The notes: generated by a model from the letters alone, not told the origin. A stretch of 63,346 nt of DNA, filler included, from Octopus bimaculoides (GCF_001194135.2; 10 parts of 9 records of this genome joined end to end with filler, not necessarily neighbours in it), one strand, 5' to 3'; positions 49,239 through 63,346 are shown, counted from the whole stretch's first letter. Translations and numbers: made by a program.

Positions 49239-50004
49239 GGATCTTTGTGGTTATCATTGCTGTCTACAATTTTGTTCCAATAGTTTTACAGCTCGTTATT
49301 TCAAAACATTCAGTTGTTTAAATTTTTATTATTCATTTATACTGAGCAAAAAAGAATTTTCTCATGTGCAAGTATTTTAAAGCTTGTTCTTGTCTAGAAT
49401 TTATCACGTTACTTTTAGATGTAAAAATTTAGTAAAATTCTTCTAACATAAGTCACATTTATTAGCTGCAGGTTTCTATGGTTTTGCAGTACATGCAAAA
49501 AATATCCCTGTTGGTGTTGAAATTCCAGTGAAGGAGCCTTGGATCTAGATTAGAAACCGGCTCTTTCTCTATTAGCAAGGAATCTTGAAATAAAACTAAA
49601 TAATAACATACATACATGCATACGTGCATACATACATACAAGCATACATACATACGTACGTACGTACATACATACATACAAACATACATACATACATACA
49701 TACATACATACATACATACATACATACATACATGCGTAAATATATATGTTGTGCGTGCCTAGGTTATGAATATAAAAGTCATTTACATCATGTTTAATAA
49801 ATATGTTTTGTTTCGCTGAGAAAAAACAATCCATAAAATTATGACAGAAAGCTTGACAACTAGGGTGAAGGGCTATCACATTAGCAATGGGTTGTGTATT
49901 GTGCATATGTGTGTGTGTGTGCGTGTGCTTTGCTTGTCCTGTATGTACACATGTATAAGAATGTATTTATGTTATATTAATATATGTATATTAATATATA
50001 TATG

Positions 50005-50037
<33 letters not shown>

Positions 50038-50159
50038 NNNNNNNNNNNNNNNNNNNNNNNNNNNNNNNNNNNNNNNNNNNNTTAATTAATTAANNNNNNN
50101 NNNNNNNNNNNNNNNNNNNNNNNNNNNNNNNNNNNNNTATATATATATATATATATATA

Positions 50160-51050
50160 TATGGCATTTTACCATCTCACACCTCTCGGATCCATAGCTT
50201 CCTACCATTGCGATGTATCTTGACACATTTCTTTATGTCCCTCTCTTAATCAACTCAAGTTTTTCCCAGGGTTTGGTTCTTCTCCCCCGCCATTCTCTTC
50301 TTCCAATACATCAGCGACCTGCTTACTGTCAAACCCGATCGCGTCCAGTTTTAAACTTCCTAACCGTCTCTGACCATACACAATCCTCACGTGACGTAGA
50401 CACTACACACCAAACATGATTTGACTCTATAAACAAAGCCCTTCAGAGCATTCTCCAGTCTCTTCTATAGTAAAATAAAATCAATCACAAGGACTACAGG
50501 TATTATGGTCACCACATCTAAGCATGAGCGACGTTCAGCTAGGGCTCTTGCAGTCGATCCTAATATTGGCCTTCACTACCAGTGACTCTTTCTCTCCTGG
50601 TGAATGTACGTCTTTAACATAGGTAGGACTGCATCCTAAAGATAGTCTCTTCTCTTTAGCATCAGAAGGTCATCTAGAGTTCCTACATCTAGAACAGAGC
50701 TGTTGTTGCTACACATACTAGACATCCTGGATCCCATCCAGAGAAGAGTCACTCGGTCACTTGGTCACTTAGTCAATTAGCGCACCATCTCAAACGGGCA
50801 AACTCCAGCCTCTGACCCACAAGTGTGCTGTCTTTTCTATTGCTGCTTATATGACCTTTGTACCTCAGAGCATTTCGTAACACTCCCACACAGGCACCCC
50901 GACACATCTCTGCTGTTTCTAGACTCACTAACCATCTTTTCGGATCCTTTTCCCTCAGAACTTCGTCCCTTTGGAATCTCCTGGTTGCTCTTGTCTTTCC
51001 TGAAAGTGTTCACCTGAAACATTAACGACATCAACCTCACCGCTGTCAGC
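50160..51050 (+). mobile_element. CR1/L2-like LINE 3' remnant
   Basis: PLLINSSFSQGLVL...FFQYISDLL (compare INSGVPQGSVLSP.LFLLYI.DL). 3' end RTSSLWNLL...VFPESVHL. Confidence 0.7.
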
Positions 51051-52593
51051 GGAATCTGCAAAGTTTATGGGCATTGTCCCCTCAGCCACTCTCGGCATGT
51101 AAAAACAAATGCGAAAGAATCCATTAAAGTGGTGCTCCAGTATGGTCGTAGTTCAATGAAAACAGCAGATAGAAATAATAAATGCTAAAACAATGATTGA
51201 ACTAATTGCTTCATTAGTTAATTGACGATGAAAATATAATTAATTAACGAAAAAATAATTAATCCAACATGAACGGAAATTAAATTTCGTGGGATGCGAG
51301 GAAATCAACTTAGAACAATTGAATTTAGGAAATGGTCACAGTTGTTGTTGTTACTCTTGTTCTTCTTCTTCATGTTGACATTGCTTTTGTTGTTGTTGTT
51401 GTTGTCGTTGGAGCTATTGTCGGTATTGCTGCTACAGTTGTTCATGTTGTTGTTGTTGTTGTGGTTGTTGTTGTTGCTGGTGGCGGCGGCACTGTGCTGT
51501 TATTGTTAATATTTCTGTTGTTAATGGTTTATTTGTTGTTGTTAGTGGTGGAGATGGTGGCGGTAGTTTTGTTGCTGTTTCTGTTGCTTATGCTGTTCTT
51601 CTTGATGTTGTGGTTGTTATTTTTTGTCATTGGTTGTCGTCACCTTTGCTGCTGCTGCTGCTGCTGCTGCTGCTACGCCTACTGTTGCTGCCCTCGCCTT
51701 GCCTCTACTTCGTTACACCAACTGATTCTCCCGATAAACAAATCTCACCGACTTCCACTGACACCTGAAATATGTCTGACATGGAAAACAAAAACAGCAA
51801 CAACAACAAGCTTGATCAATCATTATTGTTGATATTGCTGTTGTTTTTCTACTCTTGATTAATTAATAATGTTTGTTTTAAAATTAATAATGTTTTTTTA
51901 AAAATTAATTCTATAATTCGTAGGCTGCTAATTGGGCTCATTTTTCTGTTTCTTAATGTGTGGATGTATTGGTTTATGTATTACTTGCATACGTGTGTGT
52001 CTGTCTGTCTGTTTGTCGGTCTCTCTCTCCCCCTATCTCTTTCTCCTTGTTTCTCTCTTTCTCCTTCTCTCTCTCTCTAACTTTCGTCTTTTCTTTTCCC
52101 TCCCATTAACTTAACCTCTTCTGATTTTTCTTTCTTTATGGACTTTCTGCTTGTGTGTGTGAGTGTGTGTCATTTGAGAAGCAGCACCTGGTCCTCTCAT
52201 GGAGAAAATCACCAGAAATTATAGATGATTCATCTGGAAGACAAAGTGTTTCCTGACGTGTCCAATCTTCAAAGTCTGGTCTGGCAATAAGCATTAAGTG
52301 ATATACTTCAAGACTTCAGGGATCATAGTAAATCAGAATTAGTGATTAAATGAAATATCTTAAAAGTTAACCATTTGAATAAGATGACAAAAACTTAGGA
52401 CGAATTCTTGGTTTGCTTCAGCTTAGCCATGACTGAATAAATCTATGGACAAAACACTACCTGAGACCATCCTGTCCGTTCAGTCAGGTTATCTCAGTCA
52501 AAAGCTTGTTTCTTCTTATGTTTTTTATTATTTATTATTAGTGTTGCTTAATATTTTTGCTAAAATTGCTGTTTCTTTTCAGATATCATTCAA

Positions 52594-52822
52594 ATGACAG
52601 ATCTATCAGACTTTCAAAGTGGTCAGATTCTTGGTGATCGTATGTCAGGCGCCAGTGTAACGAAAACAGCCGGAATTTTTGGTGTATCAAGAAGTTCTGT
52701 CTCGAAAGTAATGACAGCCTTTGAGAAAGAGGGAAAAACCTCCTCGTTGAAACAAAACTCTGGAAGAAGGCCAACACTTTCAGATAGGGACCGTCGGACT
52801 CTTACGCGAATTGTTAGAAAGG
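52594..52822 (+). mobile_element. Tc1-family transposase N-terminus (paired-like HTH), open up to a ~960-bp gap
   Basis: MTDLSDFQSGQILGDRMSGASVTKTAGIFGVSRSSVSKVMTAFEKEGKTSSLKQNSGRRPTLSDRDRRTLTRIVRK. Confidence 0.9.
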
Positions 52823-54368
52823 NNNNNNNNNNNNNNNNNNNNNNNNNNNNNNNNNNNNNNNNNNNNNNNNNNNNNNNNNNNNNNNNNNNNNNNNNNNNNN
52901 NNNNNNNNNNNNNNNNNNNNNNNNNNNNNNNNNNNNNNNNNNNNNNNNNNNNNNNNNNNNNNNNNNNNNNNNNNNNNNNNNNNNNNNNNNNNNNNNNNNN
53001 NNNNNNNNNNNNNNNNNNNNNNNNNNNNNNNNNNNNNNNNNNNNNNNNNNNNNNNNNNNNNNNNNNNNNNNNNNNNNNNNNNNNNNNNNNNNNNNNNNNN
53101 NNNNNNNNNNNNNNNNNNNNNNNNNNNNNNNNNNNNNNNNNNNNNNNNNNNNNNNNNNNNNNNNNNNNNNNNNNNNNNNNNNNNNNNNNNNNNNNNNNNN
53201 NNNNNNNNNNNNNNNNNNNNNNNNNNNNNNNNNNNNNNNNNNNNNNNNNNNNNNNNNNNNNNNNNNNNNNNNNNNNNNNNNNNNNNNNNNNNNNNNNNNN
53301 NNNNNNNNNNNNNNNNNNNNNNNNNNNNNNNNNNNNNNNNNNNNNNNNNNNNNNNNNNNNNNNNNNNNNNNNNNNNNNNNNNNNNNNNNNNNNNNNNNNN
53401 NNNNNNNNNNNNNNNNNNNNNNNNNNNNNNNNNNNNNNNNNNNNNNNNNNNNNNNNNNNNNNNNNNNNNNNNNNNNNNNNNNNNNNNNNNNNNNNNNNNN
53501 NNNNNNNNNNNNNNNNNNNNNNNNNNNNNNNNNNNNNNNNNNNNNNNNNNNNNNNNNNNNNNNNNNNNNNNNNNNNNNNNNNNNNNNNNNNNNNNNNNNN
53601 NNNNNNNNNNNNNNNNNNNNNNNNNNNNNNNNNNNNNNNNNNNNNNNNNNNNNNNNNNNNNNNNNNNNNNNNNNNNNNNNNNNNNNNNNNNNNNNNNNNN
53701 NNNNNNNNNNNNNNNNNNNNNNNNNNNNNNNNNNNNNNNNNNNNNNNNNNNNNNNNNNNNNNNNNNNNNNNNNNNNNNNNNNNNNATATATATACATACA
53801 CACATATATATGTGTGTTTGCGTATGCGTGTGCGTGCGTGTATGCGTTCACAGAAAAGCACACAAGCTTTTATGCGAGACATTGTAATTGAAAGCCATCC
53901 ACGTCCATCAAAATACTTTTCTACATTTAATGAAATTCATTTAAAAATAATAATTTACCAAAATTTATTCTAGTTTTTTCTCTTCATGTCTCATTTACTG
54001 TTGGCTCTAATATGATCAGTGAAATAATTTTAAAAAAGCAACCTATTATTATTATTATTATTATTATGTTGTTGTTGTTGTTGTTGTTGCTGTTGTTATA
54101 TTCTCATCATAATCATAACTTCATATATCAAAGACTGAATGTCTTTTTTTCTTTTTATTTATGTGCCAAGGTTAAACTAAATGTTTATCCTTATTGTCAC
54201 GAGGTCAATTTGCTTCAGCGAACCGGAAATCTTAATTACTTTTATAAAAGTAATTAATTTCTCTGAATATTTTAATCTCATTATAATTTATAAGAGAAGA
54301 AAGGGAAAGAGTGAGAATAGCAGCAATTAATAACTACAGCTGCAGTTACAACAACAACAACAACAACA

Positions 54369-54483
<115 letters not shown>

Positions 54484-54809
54484 GCAACTAGAATAGCATC
54501 AATAGATATTTTCTAAAAGTAAATCGAGTTCAAATTTTTGTTGATGGCTGAGAAATAGATATGAACTGAGGAAGATGCAGGACATAAGGGAGAAACAACA
54601 ACAGGGTTTCAAGCTGAATTAGAAAGAGGACTAACAATGATGATGATGATGATGATTATCATCATCATCGTCGTCATCCCGCCACCACCTTTCAAGCAAC
54701 CAAACCTAAACGGTGTGACGGCTAGCAATAAATACAGCTCCTTCATTATTCGTCTGGTAGCAATTTCATTTGAATAAACTGAAGCAATATGGAATTATGG
54801 GTCTTAGGA

Positions 54810-55400
54810 CAGCTCAGCTGGGGACGAGTTGTTCAGCACAGCCCCAGACAACTTTCTTTCCTTCTGCCTGTTCATCGTTTATCACGCAATTTCTTTTGTA
54901 GAAGTCTGGAGAAAATATATTCAGACAGTCTGTGTACAGTTTTCACATAAAATTCAAGTATGCTATGAGCCAACAGTTCCTGGTTTCGTTAGTCTCTTTG
55001 TTCTTGGGGATAAAGAGCAGTCCATATATCAGTAAGCCAATCTAGTACCTCCAGCTCAATGTCCATTTTTTATCTTTAAAACAAAGTCGTGTGAATTTCC
55101 CCGTAGAATGGGAGTGGGAGCGTTTTGTACCAGGATCCTACTCTCAGGTCTCTCCATTCGGCAGTTCCAGTATAATCCTGTATCGGTTTCTTTTATTCCC
55201 ATCTGTTGGTACACTGTTACTTCAGCACAATATAGCAGGACATTTGTTGTCCAAAATCTCGGAGATTGAATTGGAGTTACTTGTTCTCTAATAATTTTCT
55301 CGCTGACGGATAACATATCGCCGATGCTTTTTTCCCTCCCATCCCTTGTCGGTATTGTTCTCTCGTGCAGTACCTTACGTATATAAGTAATGAAGTTCTA
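54810..55400 (-). mobile_element. RLE-class non-LTR retrotransposon (R4/Dong-like) RT remnant
   Basis: LLFIPKNKETNETRNCWLIAYLNFM*KLYTDCLN...NCVINDEQAEGKKVVWGCAEQL (compare LIPK...NYRPITCLN..YKL.T...EQ.G.KKG..GC.EQL). Confidence 0.75.
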
Positions 55401-56926
55401 CTTGAACTTCGACGCAAGCTGTGATTTTAGTGTCTTATAATTCCTCACTTGTTTTTGTGAGATCATAACTAGTTGCCATATGTCCGTGTAGTAGTGGTGG
55501 TGGTTTGTTATTTGCTGTGCTCGTCTTGGTTATGTTTCTTATCGTTCACAGTCTCTTCGCGGAAAATTTGACTGTTTTGTCAATACAAGTATTAACATTT
55601 GTGCATTTTGGGTTTGAGGTGTTATTTCGTAAGGTGACATATTTTTCAACAAATATACCTCGCTGGCGTAATTTTTTCCTGAATAATTTGAGAATAATGG
55701 GTATTTCTCATATTAATATTCTTCAAGTCTCTTGATATAGCCTGTCGAGGGATCTTACCCAGCCTTTGCAGATGCACAGCGTTAAAAAAAAAAAACAGAA
55801 ATATGTCAGCAGCAGAAGAAAGTTGTCCAAGAGCGGTGGTTGTATTGCTAGATGCGTATTTCATCTAAAACAAAACGAACAGCAACAAGCAGTGTTTAAT
55901 GTAGAAAGGGGGGAAAAACGAGTTATGGAAGAGGTTATTTATATTAGTCTTGCGTGTTTTAACGGCAGAAATATACGGCTATAGAACAATATTCTTTGCG
56001 ATATTGTTCAAATCCTACCAAAGTCAAATTTACTTTCTACCCTTTCGGGGTCGCAATTACAAGGTACCAAAGGAATCGATGTAAACTACTAATATCTCTC
56101 ACCACCTAGTTCGTGGCCTTTTGCGTCTATTAGAAAAGTTTAAAATAGTGAACTGGCAGAATCAGTGGACCATCGGTAAATTATGTGAAATTGTTTTGTT
56201 TGTTTCCGGTTGTTTTGCCTGTAGAAGAGATGCTGACCAACGCTAAAGATCTACACCATCCTGCTACTCGCCGGGCGCTAAACTGGTATTTCATGGTCTC
56301 ACAGGGGACTTACACTTTGCCTAAGAGTGACTTTAGTGTAGATGCGACTAAAGGACTTTATCTATTCCCCCGTTGAAACTCCATAACCGGATGCAGTTTA
56401 ACGTAAATTCCAGGACATTAACAATTCAATTTTTATGTTTTCTCAGTGTGAGTGGTTTCTGAGATGAAATTAAAGATTTCCCCTTAAAAACAATAATCTA
56501 GAATATATACCTTCGCCTTCCATGTTTCTCTTAATAATCATTGATCATATTTTCATAGTTACTGTAAATGTAAATCTACTAATTCAGCGTGGGCTGAGAT
56601 AGAACCCATCAGCATCATGTTTTAAATTGATTCGATTATTTGCTGAATAAAAATAATTGTAAAGCGCAACTTTTTATAGAATAACAGAACATCACTTCCA
56701 GAATGGTGCAGTAGAATCAATGTATGAATGTAAGTTTTATATTTTACTTGTTTCAGTCATTAGACTGCGGCCTCGCTGGGGCACTGCCACGAAGAATTTT
56801 TAGTCGAATGAATCGACACCAGTAATTATTTTGTTAAAGCTTCTTACTTATTCTATTAGTTTCTTTTGCCGAACCGCTAGTTTACGGGGGCGTAAACACA
56901 GCAAGACCGGTAATCAAGAGGTGGTG

Positions 56927-56968
<42 letters not shown>

Positions 56969-56999
56969 GCGCACAAACACACGCACACACGTATGTATG

Positions 57000-57030
<31 letters not shown>

Positions 57031-57442
57031 ATATGCAAATATATNNNNNNNNNNNNNNNNNNNNNNNNNNNNNNNNNNNNNNNNNNNNNNNNNNNNNNNN
57101 NNNNNNNNNNNNNNNNNNNNNNNNNNNNNNNNNNNNNNNNNNNNNNNNNNNNNNNNNNNNNNNNNNNNNNNNNNNNNNNNNNNNNNNNNNNNNNNNNNNN
57201 NNNNNNNNNNNNNNNNNNNNNNNNNNNNNNNNNNNNNNNNNNNNNNNNNNNNNNNNNNNNNNNNNNNNNNNNNNNNNNNNNNNNNNNNNNNNNNNNNNNN
57301 NNNNNNNNNNNNNNNNNNNNNNNNNNNNNNNNNNNNNNNNNNNNNNNNNNNNNNNNNNNNNNNNNNNNNNNNNNNNNNNNNNNNGCTTTGCATTTATAAT
57401 AAAATAAATATAATCAAATAAAAATAATAAAAAGAAAATATA

Positions 57443-57529
57443 CAGTATAGTGCTGCTTCTATTTCGAGGATTTTCACCTATCGCGGTGGGTTTTGGAACG
57501 TAACACCCGCGATAGTCGAGGGATTATTG
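57443..57529. mobile_element. Short Tigger-like terminal fragment or MITE
   Basis: CTATCGCGGTGGGTTTTGGAACGTAACACCCGCGATAGTCGAGGGATTATTG|TA matches the termini at 31670-31715. Confidence 0.75.
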
Positions 57530-57539
57530 TAGACATATA

Positions 57540-58759
57540 CAGGGTGCGTAAGATATTTGAGGACAGATTTATGTTTACAAAAATAAAAAAAGAAACAGGT
57601 ATATAATAACAGATAATAACTTTATTTATCAAAAAATGCTTTGAGGATAAATATAAACCTTCTTTTCTATAATGTTATTCAATAAAGCCACCTTCAGCTT
57701 CAACAAGTGCTTCTGTGTGAGATCTAAATCATCTACATGCTCGAATCAAGTGGTCCTCATTCAGTTTGGACATTACTCTGAATACGGCAGCTTTCAAACA
57801 ATCTTTGGTGTTATGGGTGTGTTTATTAACCTCTCTCTCAAAGACGCTCCACGGGTGATAGTGCAATGGATTGAAATCTGGGGAATTAGAAGGCCAAATG
57901 TTAGGGGTAATGTGTGACTAGAGCCATGGGTGATAGTGCAGACTAATCCGTTGCATACACTATCTATCCAAGGTTAACAATTGTTTTCAAGATCTCAATG
58001 TAGGCAGCAGAGTTAACTCTAAGGCCTTGTGGAAAGAAGTAAGGAGGCATCACATGTCCTTCATTGCTGACAACCCCTAAAACCTTGACAGTTGGAGGAA
58101 ATTTTGTATACATAACACTTGGAACTTCAGAAGGGTCTGCACATGACCATCTGTCATTTCTTCTGTTAACTTTTAGATCTTAGTCGAAGTTTTTCTCATT
58201 TGACAAAAACCAAATCATATCTTCTGCTGGATTTTTCAGTTTGCTAAAGAGCCTTTTAGATCTGATGTAATGATTTTCTTTTGCTTTTTCTGACAAATTA
58301 ACATTTCCTCATCATATAAGCCATTTCTCTGATGTCTTCGTGGACAGCATTTCTGGCTGTTCCTTCTGACACATAGAGATCTTTTGCAATTGACCTCATG
58401 GACGTTCTGGGATTGTAATCAATGGTCTGTTGAACTTGCTGAATAAATTCAGATGTTCTGATGATTTCAGAGAATTTAGAATGCTTTTTATGCTTTGATA
58501 TTGGTAATACCTTTCCATCTTCAGTCTCCAACTCCTTACAAACTTTACAGAAGAAAAAATCTGGCAACATTTAAAAATAGAGATATTTATAAAGCGCCAT
58601 ACTCTGCATTTATAACCACAATAACAGCATGCGTTTTCATTTCATTAGTAAGCTGAGGGTCTGCCATTGTTATTTTCTGAAACAAAGATTTTATAGAGTT
58701 AGCAAAAAATGCAGCAGTGAACCTAAGAATGGATGTCCTCAAATACATTTCACACCCTG
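57540..58759 (-). mobile_element. maT/DD37D-type Tc1-mariner element with both TIRs, decayed transposase
   Basis: TA|CAGGGTGCGTAAGATATTTGAGGAC...GTCCTCAAATACATTTCACACCCTG|TA. Peptides MADPQLTNEMK, KFPPTVKVLGVVSNEGHVMPPYFFPQGLRVNS, WPSNSPDFNPL, LVEAEGGFIE*. Confidence 0.92.
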
Positions 58760-60179
58760 TATATATATATATATATTTACATATATATATATATATATAT
58801 ATATANNNNNNNNNNNNNNNNNNNNNNNNNNNNNNNNNNNNNNNNNNNNNNNNNNNNNNNNNNNNNNNNNNNNNNNNNNNNNNNNNNNNNNNNNNNNNNN
58901 NNNNNNNNNNNNNNNNNNNNNNNNNNNNNNNNNNNNNNNNNNNNNNNNNNNNNNNNNNNNNNNNNNNNNNNNNNNNNNNNNNNNNNNNNNNNNNNNNNNN
59001 NNNNNNNNNNNNNNNNNNNNNNNNNNNNNNNNNNNNNNNNNNNNNNNNNNNNNNNNNNNNNNNNNNNNNNNNNNNNNNNNNNNNNNNNNNNNNNNNNNNN
59101 NNNNNNNNNNNNNNNNNNNNNNNNNNNNNNNNNNNNNNNNNNNNNNNNNNNNNNNNNNNNNNNNNNNNNNNNNNNNNNNNNNNNNNNNNNNNNNNNNNNN
59201 NNNNNNNNNNNNNNNNNNNNNNTGTGCATGTGTGTGTGTGTGCGTGTGTGCTTGTGTGTGTGTGTGTGTGTGTACACATACATACATATATGCTAGGTCA
59301 ATTAGTTTTAAATTGAATTAATATTCAATTTATCACCCTATCTATATAAATAATGATTTAAATAGTTATGTTCTCCAGCCAGCAACATATACTGCAGTGA
59401 ATTATTCTCTGCAGAATAGTTTCCGGAAGTTGGCGCGCCGGAGCTGAGGCATTTTGAAAAATAGCCCCAATGTAATCGGTAGAACTGTATGCAAGTCTTA
59501 TTTCATGAAGACAATTTCTGTATAGTTCTGCAAATCATATTGATTTTAGAACGACTGTGCTGATGAAAACTGGGATGTTGTTACGTAAGTAAAACGTTAA
59601 TGTTGGAAATTGCAGTACACAGCTAATTCTTTATTCTGTATATTTCTCATTTTGTCCTGTTCTGGTGTCTTGCGAAATTTTCTGGAGAACATTATTTTTC
59701 TTTGTGGTTGGGTCGTTGATGACCTCTTCCTAGCATATTCGATGTCCACCTAGTGGTCATCCCTTATACACGTATATATATATATATATATATATATATN
59801 NNNNNNNNNNNNNNNNNNNNNNNNNNNNNNNNNNNNNNNNNNNTTAATTAATTAANNNNNNNNNNNNNNNNNNNNNNNNNNNNNNNNNNNNNNNNNNNNA
59901 CAACCAACAAAAAATGCCCCCACGTGGACTATTGACACCAGTAAGGAACAATTATGAACTCTTCATTTAATTTCATTTTTTTAAATATGTATTTTTGATA
60001 AGGTTCGTTTTTACAAGAACGGAAACATGTAAAAAATATCTGACAAAATTTTAAATTAAAATTCATTTTTTATATATTGGCGTTTTCAAACTTCTTTAAT
60101 TCCACGAGCAGGCTGTTCCGCTGATCGGATCGACTGGAACCCTCGACGTCGTAAGCGACGGAGTGCCAACAAACAACAA

Positions 60180-60735
60180 GGTTGTCAGTAATGTTGATGC
60201 TGGAGGTAGTGGTAGTGGTGGCGGTGGTGATGCTGTTGCTGCTGCTGCTGTTATATATACACCACTGCTACCTGTTGGTTCTTGTTAAACTCCGTCAGCA
60301 CTAACAGAGACAGCAGTAGCATGTGCAATGGCTGCAGCTATAGCAGCAGCAGCAGCAGCAGCGGCGGCGGCAGTAACTGCAGCAATATCAGCTGCAACAA
60401 TGTGTCGCCACCACTACCACCACTACCACCACCACGAACACCACCACCACCACCACTACACTCTGCCTCCTCCACCGCCATCATCACCACCACCACCATC
60501 ACCACCATCAGCAGCAGCACCGCCAGCATCAACACAAGGTGCAGCAGAACCGCCTCTTCCACCACCACAACCACCATCACCACCAACACTGCTACCACTA
60601 TCCCCATCGTAACCACAACCACTATCATCACCAACACTTTCGCCACCACAACCACTAATGCCACCCCACCACCACCATCCCCACCGTCACCATAACCACT
60701 ACATGCCGCCACGACCACCACCACAAACAATCCCA
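60180..60735. repeat. Compound trinucleotide low-complexity block (GGT, GCA, CAC, CCA)
   Basis: Direct inspection. Similar blocks at 19530-19610, 51340-51680 and 54340-54480. Confidence 0.9.
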
Positions 60736-61084
60736 CAGACCTGTCAGAAATAGTAACCAAATCTCTCTCAAATCACACAACGTCCTATTGTTTTGTGGAA
60801 GGCCAGAAGAACATATCAGATAAGGTAGACTTAATCTGTCCTCTCCCCTTCCATCTCTCTCTCACGCATCAATATGCTTAGATACACACACACAGACACA
60901 CACACATATATATTTGTATATATATATGTGTGTGTATTACATATATATGTTTGTATATATATATGTATATATACATGTATGTATNNNNNNNNNNNNNNNN
61001 NNNNNNNNNNNNNNNNNNNNNNNNNNNNTTAATTAATTAANNNNNNNNNNNNNNNNNNNNNNNNNNNNNNNNNNNNNNNNNNNN

Positions 61085-61137
<53 letters not shown>

Positions 61138-62015
61138 ACTCTCTTTTTCTGTCTTATATACAAACACACATATAAACAATTACAAATCTCCAAACAGACA
61201 CTAGCGCACACTAATCTACAGACTAGATCACACACATGTAAAAAAAAACTCACACACATCTCTACACACATACACACATCTAAAGGCAGATGCACAAACA
61301 GTTATACTTCTGCAGATACGCGCGCGCATGCACACACACAGACACACACACAAGCACACAGGTATATAAACGGAGACACTCACAAACGCATGTACTGAGA
61401 CACATATCTAGATAAACACTCATACACATTCTCTCACATATCTACAGATACACTTACACATATGCATACACATATCGACAAAGAGATACACTTACACACA
61501 TACATACCCATTTACATATATATTCATACACAAACATACACATGTTACAGAAACACTCGTACACATACATATATACTTATCTACAGATACGCTCATACAA
61601 AAACACATATTGCAAACATACACTTACACNNNNNNNNNNCTACAGATACGCTCATACAAAAACACATATTGCAAACATACACTTACACAAACACACACAC
61701 ACACATACGCACACACACATACACGCATATACATACATACATACACACATACATACATATATATATATACATACATACACACAAACATATATGCATACTT
61801 ACACATAGCTACAGATACACTCATGCTCATAAGTTTACATACCTAGAAACATATTCATACACACACACACACACACACACACATGTATGTATATATATAT
61901 ATATATATACACATATCTACAAATGGTGACTCACACGTACACACACACTTACATACATACATACATACATACATATACATGTCTACAAATGGTGGCTCGC
62001 ACACTCACACACACA

Positions 62016-62067
<52 letters not shown>

Positions 62068-62629
62068 TTCGCACATATACATACTACACTTTACAAGTTG
62101 TATATGAAAGCCAAGTATTTTTAGACAGACATTAACGCTTATTAGCAAGATGTTTGGAAGAAGAAAAAAAAGCACAAAACGAAAAGGAAAAAGACAATAA
62201 ATAATTAAAAAATAAAATCGAACAAAATATAAACTATGAAATTAAATCATTAACTGACCGCACCCAAAACGAATACAAACCAATCCAATACATACATACA
62301 TACATACATACACACACGCCTCTAAATCTGTATGTGTGTGTGTGTGTGTGTGTTCGTTTCCTCTGCCCGCTCAACGCTCGTTGCTAACCGTATTACTTTT
62401 TCAGTAGTTCTGCAGGTATCTGACGTCTGAACAATGGCACCGATCCAAATAAGATTCTAAAGAATCTCCCACCGATCATTAAGACATAATTTCTTTTGTT
62501 ATATATATAAAAAAAAAGCCAACAACGATGACTGCTCTCTCTTCGACTCTCCCTCCATTGCTTCTCCTTCTCTCTCATTATGACTCTGTGTGTGTGTGTG
62601 TGTGTAAAAGCCGGTTTTCTTGGACATTA

Positions 62630-62810
62630 TATTCAGTGGACAGGATGCCGGTCAGTCACAGGATTACTTATTTTTGCTCGCTGAGAAGACAGGAGCAATT
62701 TGAAAGGAAGTGTTTTGCTCAAGAAAACAACAGGTCGCCCAGTCCAGGAATCGAAACCACAATTTTACGATCATGAGTACTAAACACTAACACCTAAGCC
62801 ACGCACCTCC
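62630..62810 (-). mobile_element. tRNA-derived SINE
   Basis: GTGTTTTGCTCAAGAAAACAAC...CCAGGAATCGAAACCACAAT...CTAAGCCACGCACCTCC. Confidence 0.8.
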
Positions 62811-63258
62811 ACACACACACAAACACGTGTATGACATTAAATGGTATCCGGTGGTAGGGCTCCAGTTCGGGAATCTCTGAGCTGCAACGAACGTGCAATC
62901 AGCCCATAAATTAGCATTACTCTTGGGTCCTTTCTGACCTGGAAAGGTAGTACCAGCCGGGGTCCAACCTACGGACTAACTAGATTTCTAATGGGGACAG
63001 AGGAGGATCCCGTTGTTTTTGACAAAACCGTGCGGAAAGCAGCTCTAGTCAGCTCTTCCAGGAGAAAGATACTCTGACATGAAACTTGCAAACAGAATAG
63101 CACCAGTCATTTAGCAATGTTTGTCACATCCATCATCTGATATGATGAAGCAATCATGTATATTCATTCATATACATATATACATACATATATATACATA
63201 TGTATGTATATATGTATGTATCTCTATCTCTCTGTCTTTCACTTTCTCTCTCTCCTTC

Positions 63259-63346
<88 letters not shown>

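Noticed and set aside
51294-51832. Hydrophobic poly-Val/Leu/Cys ORFs resembling membrane proteins
   Set aside because: Translations of (GTT)n and (GCT)n microsatellites.
59370-59590. Acceptor/donor-bounded segment with CCGGAAGT and GGCGCGCC motifs
   Set aside because: All three plus frames contain stops. A regulatory role cannot be supported from two short motifs.
60282-60760. Poly-Ala/His/Pro ORF resembling a transcription-factor low-complexity region
   Set aside because: A pure trinucleotide mosaic, open in several frames and on both strands, with no adjacent domain or convincing splice sites.

Overview
Eukaryotic, AT-rich, repeat-saturated genomic DNA, almost certainly octopus (coleoid cephalopod). 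The basis is abundant tRNA-derived SINEs resembling the octopus OK/OR families, RTE LINEs with (GAT)n tails and dense microsatellites; this is recognition from memory, not a database search. No intact protein-coding gene could be identified. The window is a fragmented scaffold: nine 100-bp joins (N44-TTAATTAATTAA-N44), many sized gaps, and several 10-N gaps with duplicated flanks. It holds decayed transposons from many groups: RTE, Penelope-like, CR1/L2-like, R4/Dong-like, mariner, maT/DD37D, Tc1, Tigger/pogo, piggyBac, Helitron, a probable hAT MITE and an unclassified TIR element. The most unusual structures are: (1) a CpG-rich 55-bp tandem array built on a 30-bp palindrome, with a 10-monomer higher-order period and a TIR element inserted with an 8-bp duplication; (2) a 32-bp minisatellite of about 27 copies that grew out of a SINE; (3) two copies of a mariner derivative made of two head-to-head 5' ends; (4) a recurring Penelope-like/RTE-tail composite; (5) several hairpin elements, one with hammerhead-like motifs. 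A few unique stretches with good splice signals may be exons of unidentified host genes and are reported at low confidence.
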